From a virus: 64,000 nt of DNA. The notes beneath the pieces were generated by a model, which made no database searches, had not been told where the DNA came from, and saw nothing but the letters and a program-made list of their open reading frames with translations. Location of the stretch: IMG/VR virus record IMGVR_UViG_3300025099_000014, positions 10,826 to 74,825 of that record; one strand, 5' to 3'. Below, piece by piece: positions 28,132-37,530 of this stretch (its first letter is position 1; each line of letters starts with the position of its first letter). The position numbers were made by a program, and so were the translations under genes.

Positions 28132-29216
28132 TACACAGACCTTCAGATACATCAATAAATCAAGCGGACTACGCAAACGGTATAGGTTACTATACCGACG
28201 TGGCAAGAATTGCTAATTTACTCAGTGTTCCAGAATTCGATGATTCATCATATCCGACAGAAGGTCATGTGGGTGAACTAATTCGCTATGCAGAAGATTA
28301 TATTGACGAATATACAAAAGATTCATGGCGACCAATTTTAATCGAAAACGAATACCATGATTTTGATTATGATATGTTTAGAATGAATAGGGCTAGCATG
28401 TATAATAAGTATACAGATTATGTAGGGTATATCCGACTCAATGCAGAAAATCTTCGTAAAATAGTTAGGCTTGCTGTATGGCGTGGTAATCAGTGGGAAG
28501 AACTTGCTGGTGCTACTTCTTCTGTAACAATTACTGACCATACTAATATTACAAATGTTGTTTTACGTTTACCTAATAGCGGAACTACTTTTACACTAAC
28601 TCCCGGAACTACGGTTAGTACATTCAATACTACTTATGGTAATCGCACCGCTGCATATGAGTTAGCATATCTAATTAACGAACAGTTACCTGTTATGACT
28701 AATGGGTTTACCGGGTCAAGTGGGAGGAAGGCTATAACATCAGGTTCAGATTCTATTAGTGATTTCTTTTATGCTACTGTGGAGCAGGACAATAAGATAG
28801 TAATCTCATCTACGCTACTGGGCGATGATGGTAAAAACTGCACACTTACTGTAAGTGGTAGTGGGGTTTCAAGGGAAGATTTTTCAGATACCGAGGCCCG
28901 GGGCCGTGAGCAGGACTGGTGGGATATTCGTAATGATGGTGCTATATTTTTCCGAACTAACTACCCATATAATCAAAAACACTCTATTCGTGTTACATAT
29001 CTTACAGGAGGGGCGTCAGTCCCTGCTATTATTACTGAGGCCGCTACCAAAATTGTAGCATGTGAACTTATGGCCGAAGACGATTCAACGCTTTTACTTG
29101 GTGAGAACGGTGAGGCCGGACTTGCTTTAACAGATAAATATACTAAGTATAAGGAAGAAATTGATAAAATTCTCGGTATGAAAAAGCGCCTTATTTATTT
29201 CTTGGATAGTGATTAA
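28128..29216 (+). CDS. Head-tail adaptor (neck) protein with insertion
   Basis: YYTDVARIA...LIRYAEDYIDEYT...IRVTYLTG...VPAIITEAATKIVA pattern typical of gp6/gp15-like adaptors. Confidence 0.7.
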   Translation: MIHRPSDTSINQADYANGIGYYTDVARIANLLSVPEFDDSSYPTEGHVGELIRYAEDYIDEYTKDSWRPILIENEYHDFDYDMFRMNRASMYNKYTDYVGYIRLNAENLRKIVRLAVWRGNQWEELAGATSSVTITDHTNITNVVLRLPNSGTTFTLTPGTTVSTFNTTYGNRTAAYELAYLINEQLPVMTNGFTGSSGRKAITSGSDSISDFFYATVEQDNKIVISSTLLGDDGKNCTLTVSGSGVSREDFSDTEARGREQDWWDIRNDGAIFFRTNYPYNQKHSIRVTYLTGGASVPAIITEAATKIVACELMAEDDSTLLLGENGEAGLALTDKYTKYKEEIDKILGMKKRLIYFLDSD

Positions 29217-29217
29217 T

Positions 29218-29946
29218 ATGTGGTATGATATAATTAAACAGGATAATGAGTTTTTTCTTGGTATAGAAACCTATGGTCCAGAAGTTAGCATGGCTATTTC
29301 TAATTATTCTATGGGGCTTACAGATACATTAGGTTTACGACTTATAATTGATACTCCTACAGCAAAACGTTTTAGGAAAAAAAATAGAAAAAAACTTATA
29401 GATGGTATATTTACTAAAATATATTCCGATATAATTAAAAATCATATGGAACTTGGAGAACCTATTGCTAAAGATAAGTTTTACGAATTAGTTGCGGATG
29501 AAGCAAAAAAATATACTATAACGATGGAAATTTTAACCAAGAATAAAATTAGTAAGAAAGTAACTAATTTATACGTTTTAACATCAAGTGGAAAAATTGG
29601 AAGAAAATACCAACATTATTACAAATATGCGCGTAAAGTGAGCCCCCGACCAGTTCAAGATTTAATATCAAGGGGATATATTGAATCTATTTCTGCCACA
29701 AATTTAGCACCAAGAGGAAATGACCCGGACGGCAGCAGGCGAACCAATACACATAGTCCTGACACAGCATATGGTTCGAAAGGAAGGGCAGTCCGAACAT
29801 TAAGTAGAGATTACGAAAATAGTTTTATTAAAAAAAGAGAAGTTCCTCCTGATTTATATTTAGATAAACTACGTCCGTATATGGCAAGACCAACAGTTTC
29901 ACGCGATAGAAGCCATCCCCCTAAACCATTTAGAGGGCGACGATAA
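29218..29946 (+). CDS. Basic hypothetical protein with N-terminal W-tag
   Basis: Start MWYDIIKQ after AGTGA; Lys/Arg-rich. Confidence 0.7.
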   Translation: MWYDIIKQDNEFFLGIETYGPEVSMAISNYSMGLTDTLGLRLIIDTPTAKRFRKKNRKKLIDGIFTKIYSDIIKNHMELGEPIAKDKFYELVADEAKKYTITMEILTKNKISKKVTNLYVLTSSGKIGRKYQHYYKYARKVSPRPVQDLISRGYIESISATNLAPRGNDPDGSRRTNTHSPDTAYGSKGRAVRTLSRDYENSFIKKREVPPDLYLDKLRPYMARPTVSRDRSHPPKPFRGRR

Positions 29947-30152
29947 TGTTTGATAAGATTTTAAAGAAACTACAAACCTTACAAGAAAAAATACCTAATG
30001 TAGTAGAAACTACTAAGTCGCAGGCAGAAGAAGTAGAAAATATGAGCGAAGAACTTCTTGGGGTTAGAATGTCAGAAGAACTTACTGCTAAGTTTATAAA
30101 GGAAGAAATAAATAATAAAATTACTCAGGAATTAAAAAAGGTGTTTGAGTAA
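29946..30152 (+). CDS. Small helical hypothetical protein
   Basis: MFDKILKK start; TAATG-coupled on both sides. Confidence 0.6.
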   Translation: MFDKILKKLQTLQEKIPNVVETTKSQAEEVENMSEELLGVRMSEELTAKFIKEEINNKITQELKKVFE

Positions 30153-30793
30153 TGGCAGTAACAGAAGACGAAACAACATCACTTATTACAATCCTTAGTG
30201 ATAACTGGGCTGCTGCTTGTACTGCTTTAGATACTACAAACGGTAATGGACAAATAGCAGACATACACGCAGTAACTCCACAAATACTAGATATTAGAAA
30301 TATGAATTCTGGTAAAAATACTGATGCTCAAGGTCGCGCCCGTGGTGGTAATAGGATTAATACTAGTAAGGTAGAAACAGGAGATAGAACTGCTGGGACT
30401 CCCGAACCTATTTATTCTAATGATTTACTTATTATTTCTCAAAGTTCTCAAACTGTAAATTACCCTACGGTATTTTGGGATTCCCGTGACGAAATTCATG
30501 AAATGGAAATATGGATTCGCACTAGACAGGATGATAGAACACTAACTAATGGAAGTAAGGTTTCCCCTAATTCTGGTACATTTGGTATAGACCGAATCCG
30601 AAGCCTTTATATTATAGTTAGGTATATAATCGAATTAAGGCGTAAGGGCTATATCAAAAATGGCTTGTTGTATCAAAATATTAACCACTTAATACTAGGC
30701 GGAAGAACAGAAAGTAACGACAAGAGAAATAAATTATTCGGATATAAAGTAAATATAACAATGAGAAGATTAGCACAAGGCGTCACATGTTAA
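30152..30793 (+). CDS. Putative tail terminator/completion protein
   Basis: Lies just before the tail tube gene; AGGTG RBS. Confidence 0.5.
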   Translation: MAVTEDETTSLITILSDNWAAACTALDTTNGNGQIADIHAVTPQILDIRNMNSGKNTDAQGRARGGNRINTSKVETGDRTAGTPEPIYSNDLLIISQSSQTVNYPTVFWDSRDEIHEMEIWIRTRQDDRTLTNGSKVSPNSGTFGIDRIRSLYIIVRYIIELRRKGYIKNGLLYQNINHLILGGRTESNDKRNKLFGYKVNITMRRLAQGVTC

Positions 30794-30814
30794 CAAAAAA
30801 AGTAGGTAAGTAAA

Positions 30815-33118
30815 ATGTCAACATCAGAAGTATGGATGGGTTCCGGTCTAACAATGACTATGGCCCCTGAAGCAAAACTGTTTTTAGGATATATGCCGTA
30901 TGGCCCAACATTAGGTAGAGCAAGCACAAATAGAGCGCACTTAATTAAGTATAGTTTAGGCTATGCTGTGGATGGAGCATCTGTGGTAATTGATAATGCA
31001 CATGGAGAAGGTAGTAACGCTGTAAAACATTTTACAGATTATTACCATTTAGTTCCTGATTTATATACGGGTTGTACAGCAGAATTTTATACTAAGAGTG
31101 CTTCTGGAGATTCTTACGCATTAGAATTTACTGCTATGGTAGCAGGTAATGATGCTGACGCTATTTACCTTTCTGGTAATCTTGCTGATTTTCCAACATT
31201 ATTCGCTGACGAAAATGCTGCTGTTTCTTCTTCAAGAAAAAGAGGATATATTTGTTTACAACAACATGGGGCAGTAGTTCCTGCACCTATTAGTTTAGAA
31301 ACAGTTGCTACTGTTAGTACATTTACAAAAGATATTGAAGAAGTAACTGCTACATCAGGTACAGATTTAACTAAATTAGCGATTGATGAATTAGTTTATG
31401 ATACAGCGAATGGTGTTTGTGTTGGTAAAGTGTGGGGTTTTTCTGCTAATAATACTGCATTAGCGGCAAGAGATGCACATGATGGTGCTTCCACAGATGA
31501 TACAGTACACTTTTTGTCTGCTAATTTAGGTACAGTTTCGGGTGCTTCAAGTGCTTCAAATAGTATTGGTACAGTAGTTATGCCTACATCTATGACCGGA
31601 ATTTTAACAGCAGGTGATTTTATTTCAGGTGATTTAAATACTAGAACAAATGCAGCAGTTATTGGTATTGTAATTACTCTTAGTTCTGATGGTACAACAG
31701 TTACGTTTGCACAAACGGCAACTCAATCATTTGGTTCAGGACATGAATTATATTGGGGTAGAGATACTTCTTTCGCTTTATCATCCAGTTTAACTTCTAT
31801 TGCTAGAGTAAGTGCTAGAGTTCTTTCAGATAACTGGTTGGGGTTAGTAGATTCTGCTACTCCATCTACACCAGATGTAATGACAGAACAAAAAATGATG
31901 GCTATTGGTGGAACTAGAAACGTAACATATCAATACAAAGGTATTGAAACTCCAGCAGCGGCATCATTAGATGCTACATTAAATCACGGAACATGGTTAC
32001 ATTATGCTTTGGGGACAACTACTGCTAGTTCTACTGTTGTAGATACTGACCCTGCAACAAATGTTTTCCAAAGAGCAGGAGCAAACGCATCAACACACGA
32101 AGTTCATGCTGGTTATACCGAAAACGCTACTTTAGATTACGACGGAGGCTCACAAAATGGTAAATTCCATAGAGTATTAAAAGGAACTGCTACTATTTGC
32201 CCACCATTAATACCCGGAGAAGCCACTGCTAAAGTAACTTTACCAAGTGTTTCTTCTGGACTTATTCAAAACGCAATCACTTATACATTTAGCGAGCGTA
32301 ATGATAATATTTTACCTTCTTTTGCTTTTGAATTATTAGCAGAAAAGGGTTCAAATGTTGACTCTATACCAATGGTTGACCGAGGAACAACTGCAAGACA
32401 AGATGCAACTACTTTTGATACGAAAGATAACGTATATGCAGAAATACATCCGGGAGCAACATTAGGTTCATTAACTTTAACTGCTTCTGCGGAATCTGCA
32501 GTTACTGCTAACATGTCATTTAATGTTAAAACCGTCTTTGATTGTCCTACAGGATATGTTGGAAGGGCCTATGATGCTACAAATAATATCACTAAGGGTT
32601 CTAACTTACCTAGAGTTCTTAATAACTTCGGACAAAATACTGGAGTCGCTACTGCTTCTAAGCAGGATTTCTTAACCCCATATTACTTTAGCGATGGAAC
32701 TATTAGTTTATTCGGTAGTGAATTTATGCGTGTTACTAGTTTCGATTTAGCCATAGAAAACACCCTAACTGATAAACGTTTTATCGGCCAACACAATAAG
32801 AAAATACAAAGCGCACTACCCGGACAAAGGACATATACTATTAATATGACTGCTCAACTAACAGACCGAAGGCTATTTGCAGAACTTAGAAATGAGGATT
32901 CTTTCCGTAGTGCTATGAGTAATGCTAATATTCAGTTACTTCTAACCAAAGCAACCGGAGAAAATATTAAACTTCAATTCGATGATTATATGATTTCTGT
33001 TGCTAGTTTCCCCGGACCTACAGATGACCGAGGGCCGCTTGAAGTATCATTTACTATTATGCCTATCCGTAAGGGAACCGAAATATCCACTAAAACCTCT
33101 TGGGTTCTTCAAGGATAA
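30815..33118 (+). CDS. Major tail tube protein with large N-terminal/inserted domains
   Basis: C-terminal PYYFSDGTISLFG...VTSFDLAIENTL...PGQRTYTINMT is tube-like; followed by the chaperone pair and tape measure. Confidence 0.7.
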   Translation: MSTSEVWMGSGLTMTMAPEAKLFLGYMPYGPTLGRASTNRAHLIKYSLGYAVDGASVVIDNAHGEGSNAVKHFTDYYHLVPDLYTGCTAEFYTKSASGDSYALEFTAMVAGNDADAIYLSGNLADFPTLFADENAAVSSSRKRGYICLQQHGAVVPAPISLETVATVSTFTKDIEEVTATSGTDLTKLAIDELVYDTANGVCVGKVWGFSANNTALAARDAHDGASTDDTVHFLSANLGTVSGASSASNSIGTVVMPTSMTGILTAGDFISGDLNTRTNAAVIGIVITLSSDGTTVTFAQTATQSFGSGHELYWGRDTSFALSSSLTSIARVSARVLSDNWLGLVDSATPSTPDVMTEQKMMAIGGTRNVTYQYKGIETPAAASLDATLNHGTWLHYALGTTTASSTVVDTDPATNVFQRAGANASTHEVHAGYTENATLDYDGGSQNGKFHRVLKGTATICPPLIPGEATAKVTLPSVSSGLIQNAITYTFSERNDNILPSFAFELLAEKGSNVDSIPMVDRGTTARQDATTFDTKDNVYAEIHPGATLGSLTLTASAESAVTANMSFNVKTVFDCPTGYVGRAYDATNNITKGSNLPRVLNNFGQNTGVATASKQDFLTPYYFSDGTISLFGSEFMRVTSFDLAIENTLTDKRFIGQHNKKIQSALPGQRTYTINMTAQLTDRRLFAELRNEDSFRSAMSNANIQLLLTKATGENIKLQFDDYMISVASFPGPTDDRGPLEVSFTIMPIRKGTEISTKTSWVLQG

Positions 33119-33128
33119 CTGCATAAGG

Positions 33129-33136
33129 TTTATTAA
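33129..33136 (+). promoter_or_regulatory. Putative TATA box
   Basis: TTTATTAA in the intergenic gap, about 33 nt before ATG 33169. Confidence 0.4.
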
Positions 33137-33168
33137 TAAAGGGCGTATTGCTAAGGTTAGTGACAACT

Positions 33169-33546
33169 ATGAGTTACACAATAGCCACAGATAAAAGCAA
33201 GTTGCTAGTTTCACGACAAGCAACGGAGCATTATGTTAGAATCGCTCCCGGTAGCGAAGAGTACCTAAAAATTTGGATTAAGGAACCAACGTTCCTGCAA
33301 TTAGAACAGGCGCAAATGAAGTTATTCGACTTCAATGCTGGTTCTCAAGAAGTGAACCTAGACATGGCGGAAGTATACCGTTACCTTTGGGATGCATTTG
33401 TGGAGAAAACTGAACCTGCTCTTAGTGCTATGGATGTATTAGGTCTTAATCCCTATATCGGCTCGCAAATCAAGGAGATTTTACCAAATCCCTTTGCATT
33501 TACAGAGGTGGATGAGGATTTAAAAGTGCCTATCGTCGAGCAATAA
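33169..33546 (+). CDS. Tail assembly chaperone (gpG-like)
   Basis: Lies between the tail tube and tape measure; ends with the in-frame slippery site T TTA AAA. Confidence 0.75.
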   Translation: MSYTIATDKSKLLVSRQATEHYVRIAPGSEEYLKIWIKEPTFLQLEQAQMKLFDFNAGSQEVNLDMAEVYRYLWDAFVEKTEPALSAMDVLGLNPYIGSQIKEILPNPFAFTEVDEDLKVPIVEQ

Positions 33547-33779
33547 GAACAGGAAAAATAGATAATCCACAAATTGCATCGAGGGTAATTATGTATACTT
33601 TAGCCAAAGAATTGAATATTCCACCTCATGAGTTAATAAACTATCCTATTAGTTTAGTTACTGATTTAATGACTATTTTTTCCGAAGTGAAATTATATGA
33701 GGCTGATTTAATAGACAAATCTACTAATAAAACTAGTGGAACTACAATGTCTAGTAATGATGGGATAAACTTTGGGTGA
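33519..33779 (+). CDS. Tail assembly chaperone extension (gpT-like), reached by -1 frameshift
   Basis: The -1 frame is open from the heptamer 33519-33525 (KSAYRRAIRTGKIDNPQIASRVI) into the 33591..33779 ORF. Confidence 0.75.
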   Translation, partial: FKSAYRRAIRTGKIDNPQIASRVIMYTLAKELNIPPHELINYPISLVTDLMTIFSEVKLYEADLIDKSTNKTSGTTMSSNDGINFG

Positions 33780-33785
33780 TTTTAA

Positions 33786-35387
33786 ATGGCATGGAACTAT
33801 AATGCAAAAACTTCAACGGATTCAATGGACAGTGTAGGTTTTAAATTAGAGGCTATGATTGCTGGTATTTCAAGAATGGTTGAACTACAGGAACAATCTA
33901 TAGAAAATGCTAAAAAATTAGGCAAAGAAACAGAAAAGGCTGATAAAAAAACTAAGACGTTGCTAAGAAGTGCCGCCAATCTATCATCCAGTGATACATG
34001 GTATGGTAAAGCATGGGTAGCAGTTAGACGTATTTCTTCCCGTGTTGCTCCTGAGTTTTGGGCAATACAGAATGCTGCTGTTGGTGCTATGGACACTGTA
34101 GAATCCTATTATAAATTTCTAGATGCAAGAAAGAAAAAGGATTCTGGTGAAAAATTATCCCCTATGCAGAAAATAGCACTAGGTATTATGGACACTAAAA
34201 AAGGCTTTGAAAAAGGAATGCAATTGGAACGTCTAAGATTAGATACTGGTATAACTAGAGATACTATAAAAGATAATGAAGAACTTGCAGAGGCTTATTT
34301 TACTGCACAGCAAAACGTTGCTGAAAAAACAGCAAGGGGTGAATTTGCGCTAGAAGATATGGAGGCTATGGAGACAGCAAAAAATCAGTTAGCGCAAGCA
34401 CAAAAAATTGGTGAAGCAGTGGCTGTTGCTGAAGCAGGAGGCATGGCTAAATACAAGAGACAACTTTATAGAAAAGAGCAAGCCGCTAAGTTAGTAGAAA
34501 AATTTACTAGTATGAAAAATTTCTTTAAGGGTTTAAGAAAATTTGATTGGAAGGCATTTGGCGCACAGATTAAATTAATTGCAGGTGCTGTTGCTAAATT
34601 TTTACTAGCGATTACATTAGTTATAGTTATATTTAAAGCACTTAATTTAGGTAAATTACTTCTTGCGATTGGTAAGGGGATATATGAATTTGGTGTAAAA
34701 GTAGTAGAAGGAATACTAATACTTATTGATGGTTTCGGAACGTTGATAGGTGGATTTATTGATTTATATAATGCGGTAGATACATTTATGGAAGAAGGTA
34801 ACTGGCAACCTATATTAGATGCTATAATTAAAATAGTTACTGGTGCCGGGCTTATACTTTGGGGTCTAATTAGCACATTGATAGTACCCATACTTGTGGG
34901 TATATGGGAGTTCCTTTCTTCAGCATTTACGGATTGGTTATCTTCTACTGCGGATGATGTTGAAGGAGGATTTAATAAAGCCTTATCTATTGGATTGAAC
35001 ATACTTACTATTATTGGTTCTATTGCTGCGTTTATATATTTTCTTCCGTCAGTAATGTTAGGTCTACTAGCGGCTGCCTCTGTTGCCCTTGTTGGAACAT
35101 TAATACAAGGATTTATTCCGGGTAGGGCGATGGGTGGTCCCGCGTCAGGTTTAACTTTAGTAGGTGAAAGAGGTCCGGAATTAGTATCTTTACCAACAGG
35201 TTCTACAGTATATAGTAATTCAGATTCAAAGAGAATGGCTACAGGTAATACTAATAATATCACAGTTAATGTTCAAGGCCGTATTGGTGCGTCCGATACA
35301 GAACTACGAGATATAGCACAAAAGATTGGGCGCATGGTTAATATGGAAGTTAATCGCACTACAGCAAGTAGAACGAGGGGAGCATAA
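33786..35387 (+). CDS. Tape measure protein
   Basis: Helical Ala-rich N-half, hydrophobic repeats, C-terminal RAMGG...LVGERGPELV motif; follows the G/GT pair. Confidence 0.85.
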   Translation: MAWNYNAKTSTDSMDSVGFKLEAMIAGISRMVELQEQSIENAKKLGKETEKADKKTKTLLRSAANLSSSDTWYGKAWVAVRRISSRVAPEFWAIQNAAVGAMDTVESYYKFLDARKKKDSGEKLSPMQKIALGIMDTKKGFEKGMQLERLRLDTGITRDTIKDNEELAEAYFTAQQNVAEKTARGEFALEDMEAMETAKNQLAQAQKIGEAVAVAEAGGMAKYKRQLYRKEQAAKLVEKFTSMKNFFKGLRKFDWKAFGAQIKLIAGAVAKFLLAITLVIVIFKALNLGKLLLAIGKGIYEFGVKVVEGILILIDGFGTLIGGFIDLYNAVDTFMEEGNWQPILDAIIKIVTGAGLILWGLISTLIVPILVGIWEFLSSAFTDWLSSTADDVEGGFNKALSIGLNILTIIGSIAAFIYFLPSVMLGLLAAASVALVGTLIQGFIPGRAMGGPASGLTLVGERGPELVSLPTGSTVYSNSDSKRMATGNTNNITVNVQGRIGASDTELRDIAQKIGRMVNMEVNRTTASRTRGA

Positions 35388-36418
35388 TGACTGAAAGCGC
35401 AATAGTAGCAATTAGTATTTCTGGTTCTACAATTACTAGAGCATCTGGGAATTTTACTACCGATGGTTTTATTGTTGGGGATTTAATTAGAATTATTGCT
35501 TCAACAAATAATACTGGAACATATACTGTAAGCGAAGTAGGAACTACAACAATGGTAGTTACTCAAGCACTAATTACTGAAGGTGCTTTTTCTGGAGCAG
35601 TAATAAATTATATATTATTTAATACTGAATCCATTTCATCTAGTTCACAAGCCCCACAAACAAGAGGTATGTCTTATCACGTTTTCTTAGATTTTAGTGC
35701 TAGGGCAGATGACGACTTAGGCTCACAATCTCCAATTACAAATAGAATTGGTCTACTGGCTGAATCTTTTAACGTACAAACAAACAAATCAAGACCTACA
35801 TTTTCTATTCCCGGAACAGCGTTAGTTACTGGTGAATCAAAAACACTATCAATTGACCTTGCAGCGGCAACTAAAACGTTTAGTATAACTGGTATTATTA
35901 CCGAACAATTAATGGTTAGAAAATACCCTACTGGTGGTAAGTTAGATGAAAATAACCCACTTGCTGCTAGTGGTGAATATCCCGGAAAGGATGGTTCAGA
36001 AGTCGCTAGAATTTTTACAGCGCAAGAAATAGCGCAATTTTTACATTCCTCATTAGATTCCTCATTCCTACAACCATATCAAAATATTACAAATATGGCC
36101 GTACTTATTCCTAGTAGAGTTGGTTATGACTATAACTACCATACAGGTGTTGATGAAAATACCCCTGTAGAATACTTACCACTTATCCCATATTCTTTTA
36201 AGGCTAGATACCAAGATAACCTTAGAGCAGTTACATTAGATAATTCTGAATACTTCAAACCATCCCATTCCTCATCAATAGTTTCTCACCCTGTTGTTAT
36301 CCAAAGTATTACTACAGATTTTGTGCCGGGGCAACCTTGGTTAACATTTACCATCAATGGTGAATTTATCTTCGACGTAATGGGTAGCGCAAAGGATATA
36401 TTTGGTGAAGATGCATGA
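35387..36418 (+). CDS. Putative distal tail/baseplate protein
   Basis: Follows the tape measure gene; N-terminal beta module shared with 24530. Confidence 0.55.
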   Translation: MTESAIVAISISGSTITRASGNFTTDGFIVGDLIRIIASTNNTGTYTVSEVGTTTMVVTQALITEGAFSGAVINYILFNTESISSSSQAPQTRGMSYHVFLDFSARADDDLGSQSPITNRIGLLAESFNVQTNKSRPTFSIPGTALVTGESKTLSIDLAAATKTFSITGIITEQLMVRKYPTGGKLDENNPLAASGEYPGKDGSEVARIFTAQEIAQFLHSSLDSSFLQPYQNITNMAVLIPSRVGYDYNYHTGVDENTPVEYLPLIPYSFKARYQDNLRAVTLDNSEYFKPSHSSSIVSHPVVIQSITTDFVPGQPWLTFTINGEFIFDVMGSAKDIFGEDA

Positions 36419-37530
36419 ATTTAATTCCATATGCGGGAAATCAATATGGGTTAAAATTCCCAGTTCTTTGTGATGGGTATGTTAGTGTAGATTATTCTGA
36501 TAATATTGCATCAGAGGCTAGGGGTATTTGGGACCACGAAGGTAGTTTTACAGTTGAAATGTTATTCGTTCCTTACGATGTAAACGGATATGGTTCTAAT
36601 TCTCAGGCTGCAGCCACTTATGATAGGTCTATTAATGGTGACTTTGGACACCAAACTAGTCAAAAAACTATGCCTTCTAGAGAAAAAAACATCAGTACAA
36701 CTACATTAGATGAAGGCTACATGCCTACAACTAATAGATTATCTCACCAAATGTGTTTATTTTCAAGTACTAATTTTAAATTATATTTAATAAACAGCAC
36801 AACAACAAATGTTAATCAACCAGCGGAGTATTATTTTGAAGCAAAATTAACTACAGGTAGTACAACTAGTACAATAAGAACTCCTGTATTATTTAAATCA
36901 AGAAATACACATAGTATGAATGCTTCTGCTCCTACCGAGTTTAATTATATTAATAACCAAGTTCATTTGATGGATAGTGGATTTAACGCTACCTATCCTT
37001 CTTCGGCCGCATCTCCTACTACTAGTAAAATGGATATAATTGATTCAAATAATGGTAGAGCGCAAATAGGTACAAAGTTATATAAAAGTGATGGAACTGT
37101 TATGGGTACTATTACCGCTGCTACGTATACTTCCGGTAGAGCATTACTAACATTAGATTCAAACGTAAGTTCTCTTAATGGAGAAGATATATACATAGAA
37201 GCACCTCGAGAAATTACTTACCCGCTATCACCTCATCATGTTGGGGTTAGTTATCATAAAGCATCTAACTCTATTAATATATTTTACAACGGTGCTAAGG
37301 TTAGTACATTAAAGCACACAGATACAAACACATTTAGTTTCGGTAATGCTGATATTACTTTAGGTCAGGATAGAACTAGTTCCTCTAAAAGATATTCACA
37401 GTTTATGGGAGAACTTCACGAAGTAGCAGTAATACGTGGTTCAAAAAATTCTATCAATACTACAACTACTTTATTACCACAATATAATGATACGTTACTA
37501 TATGTTGATTTCGAGGAGGCAGATATATGA
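36415..37530 (+). CDS. Tail protein with LamG/concanavalin-A-like fold
   Basis: SFTVEM...HHVGVSY...INIFYNG...ITLGQ...FMGELHEVAV. Confidence 0.7.
   Translation: MNLIPYAGNQYGLKFPVLCDGYVSVDYSDNIASEARGIWDHEGSFTVEMLFVPYDVNGYGSNSQAAATYDRSINGDFGHQTSQKTMPSREKNISTTTLDEGYMPTTNRLSHQMCLFSSTNFKLYLINSTTTNVNQPAEYYFEAKLTTGSTTSTIRTPVLFKSRNTHSMNASAPTEFNYINNQVHLMDSGFNATYPSSAASPTTSKMDIIDSNNGRAQIGTKLYKSDGTVMGTITAATYTSGRALLTLDSNVSSLNGEDIYIEAPREITYPLSPHHVGVSYHKASNSINIFYNGAKVSTLKHTDTNTFSFGNADITLGQDRTSSSKRYSQFMGELHEVAVIRGSKNSINTTTTLLPQYNDTLLYVDFEEADI

Noticed and set aside
33786-33809. Tape measure start MAWNYNAK as a W-tag
   Set aside because: W and K spacing matches but the hydrophobic pair is absent; not counted.
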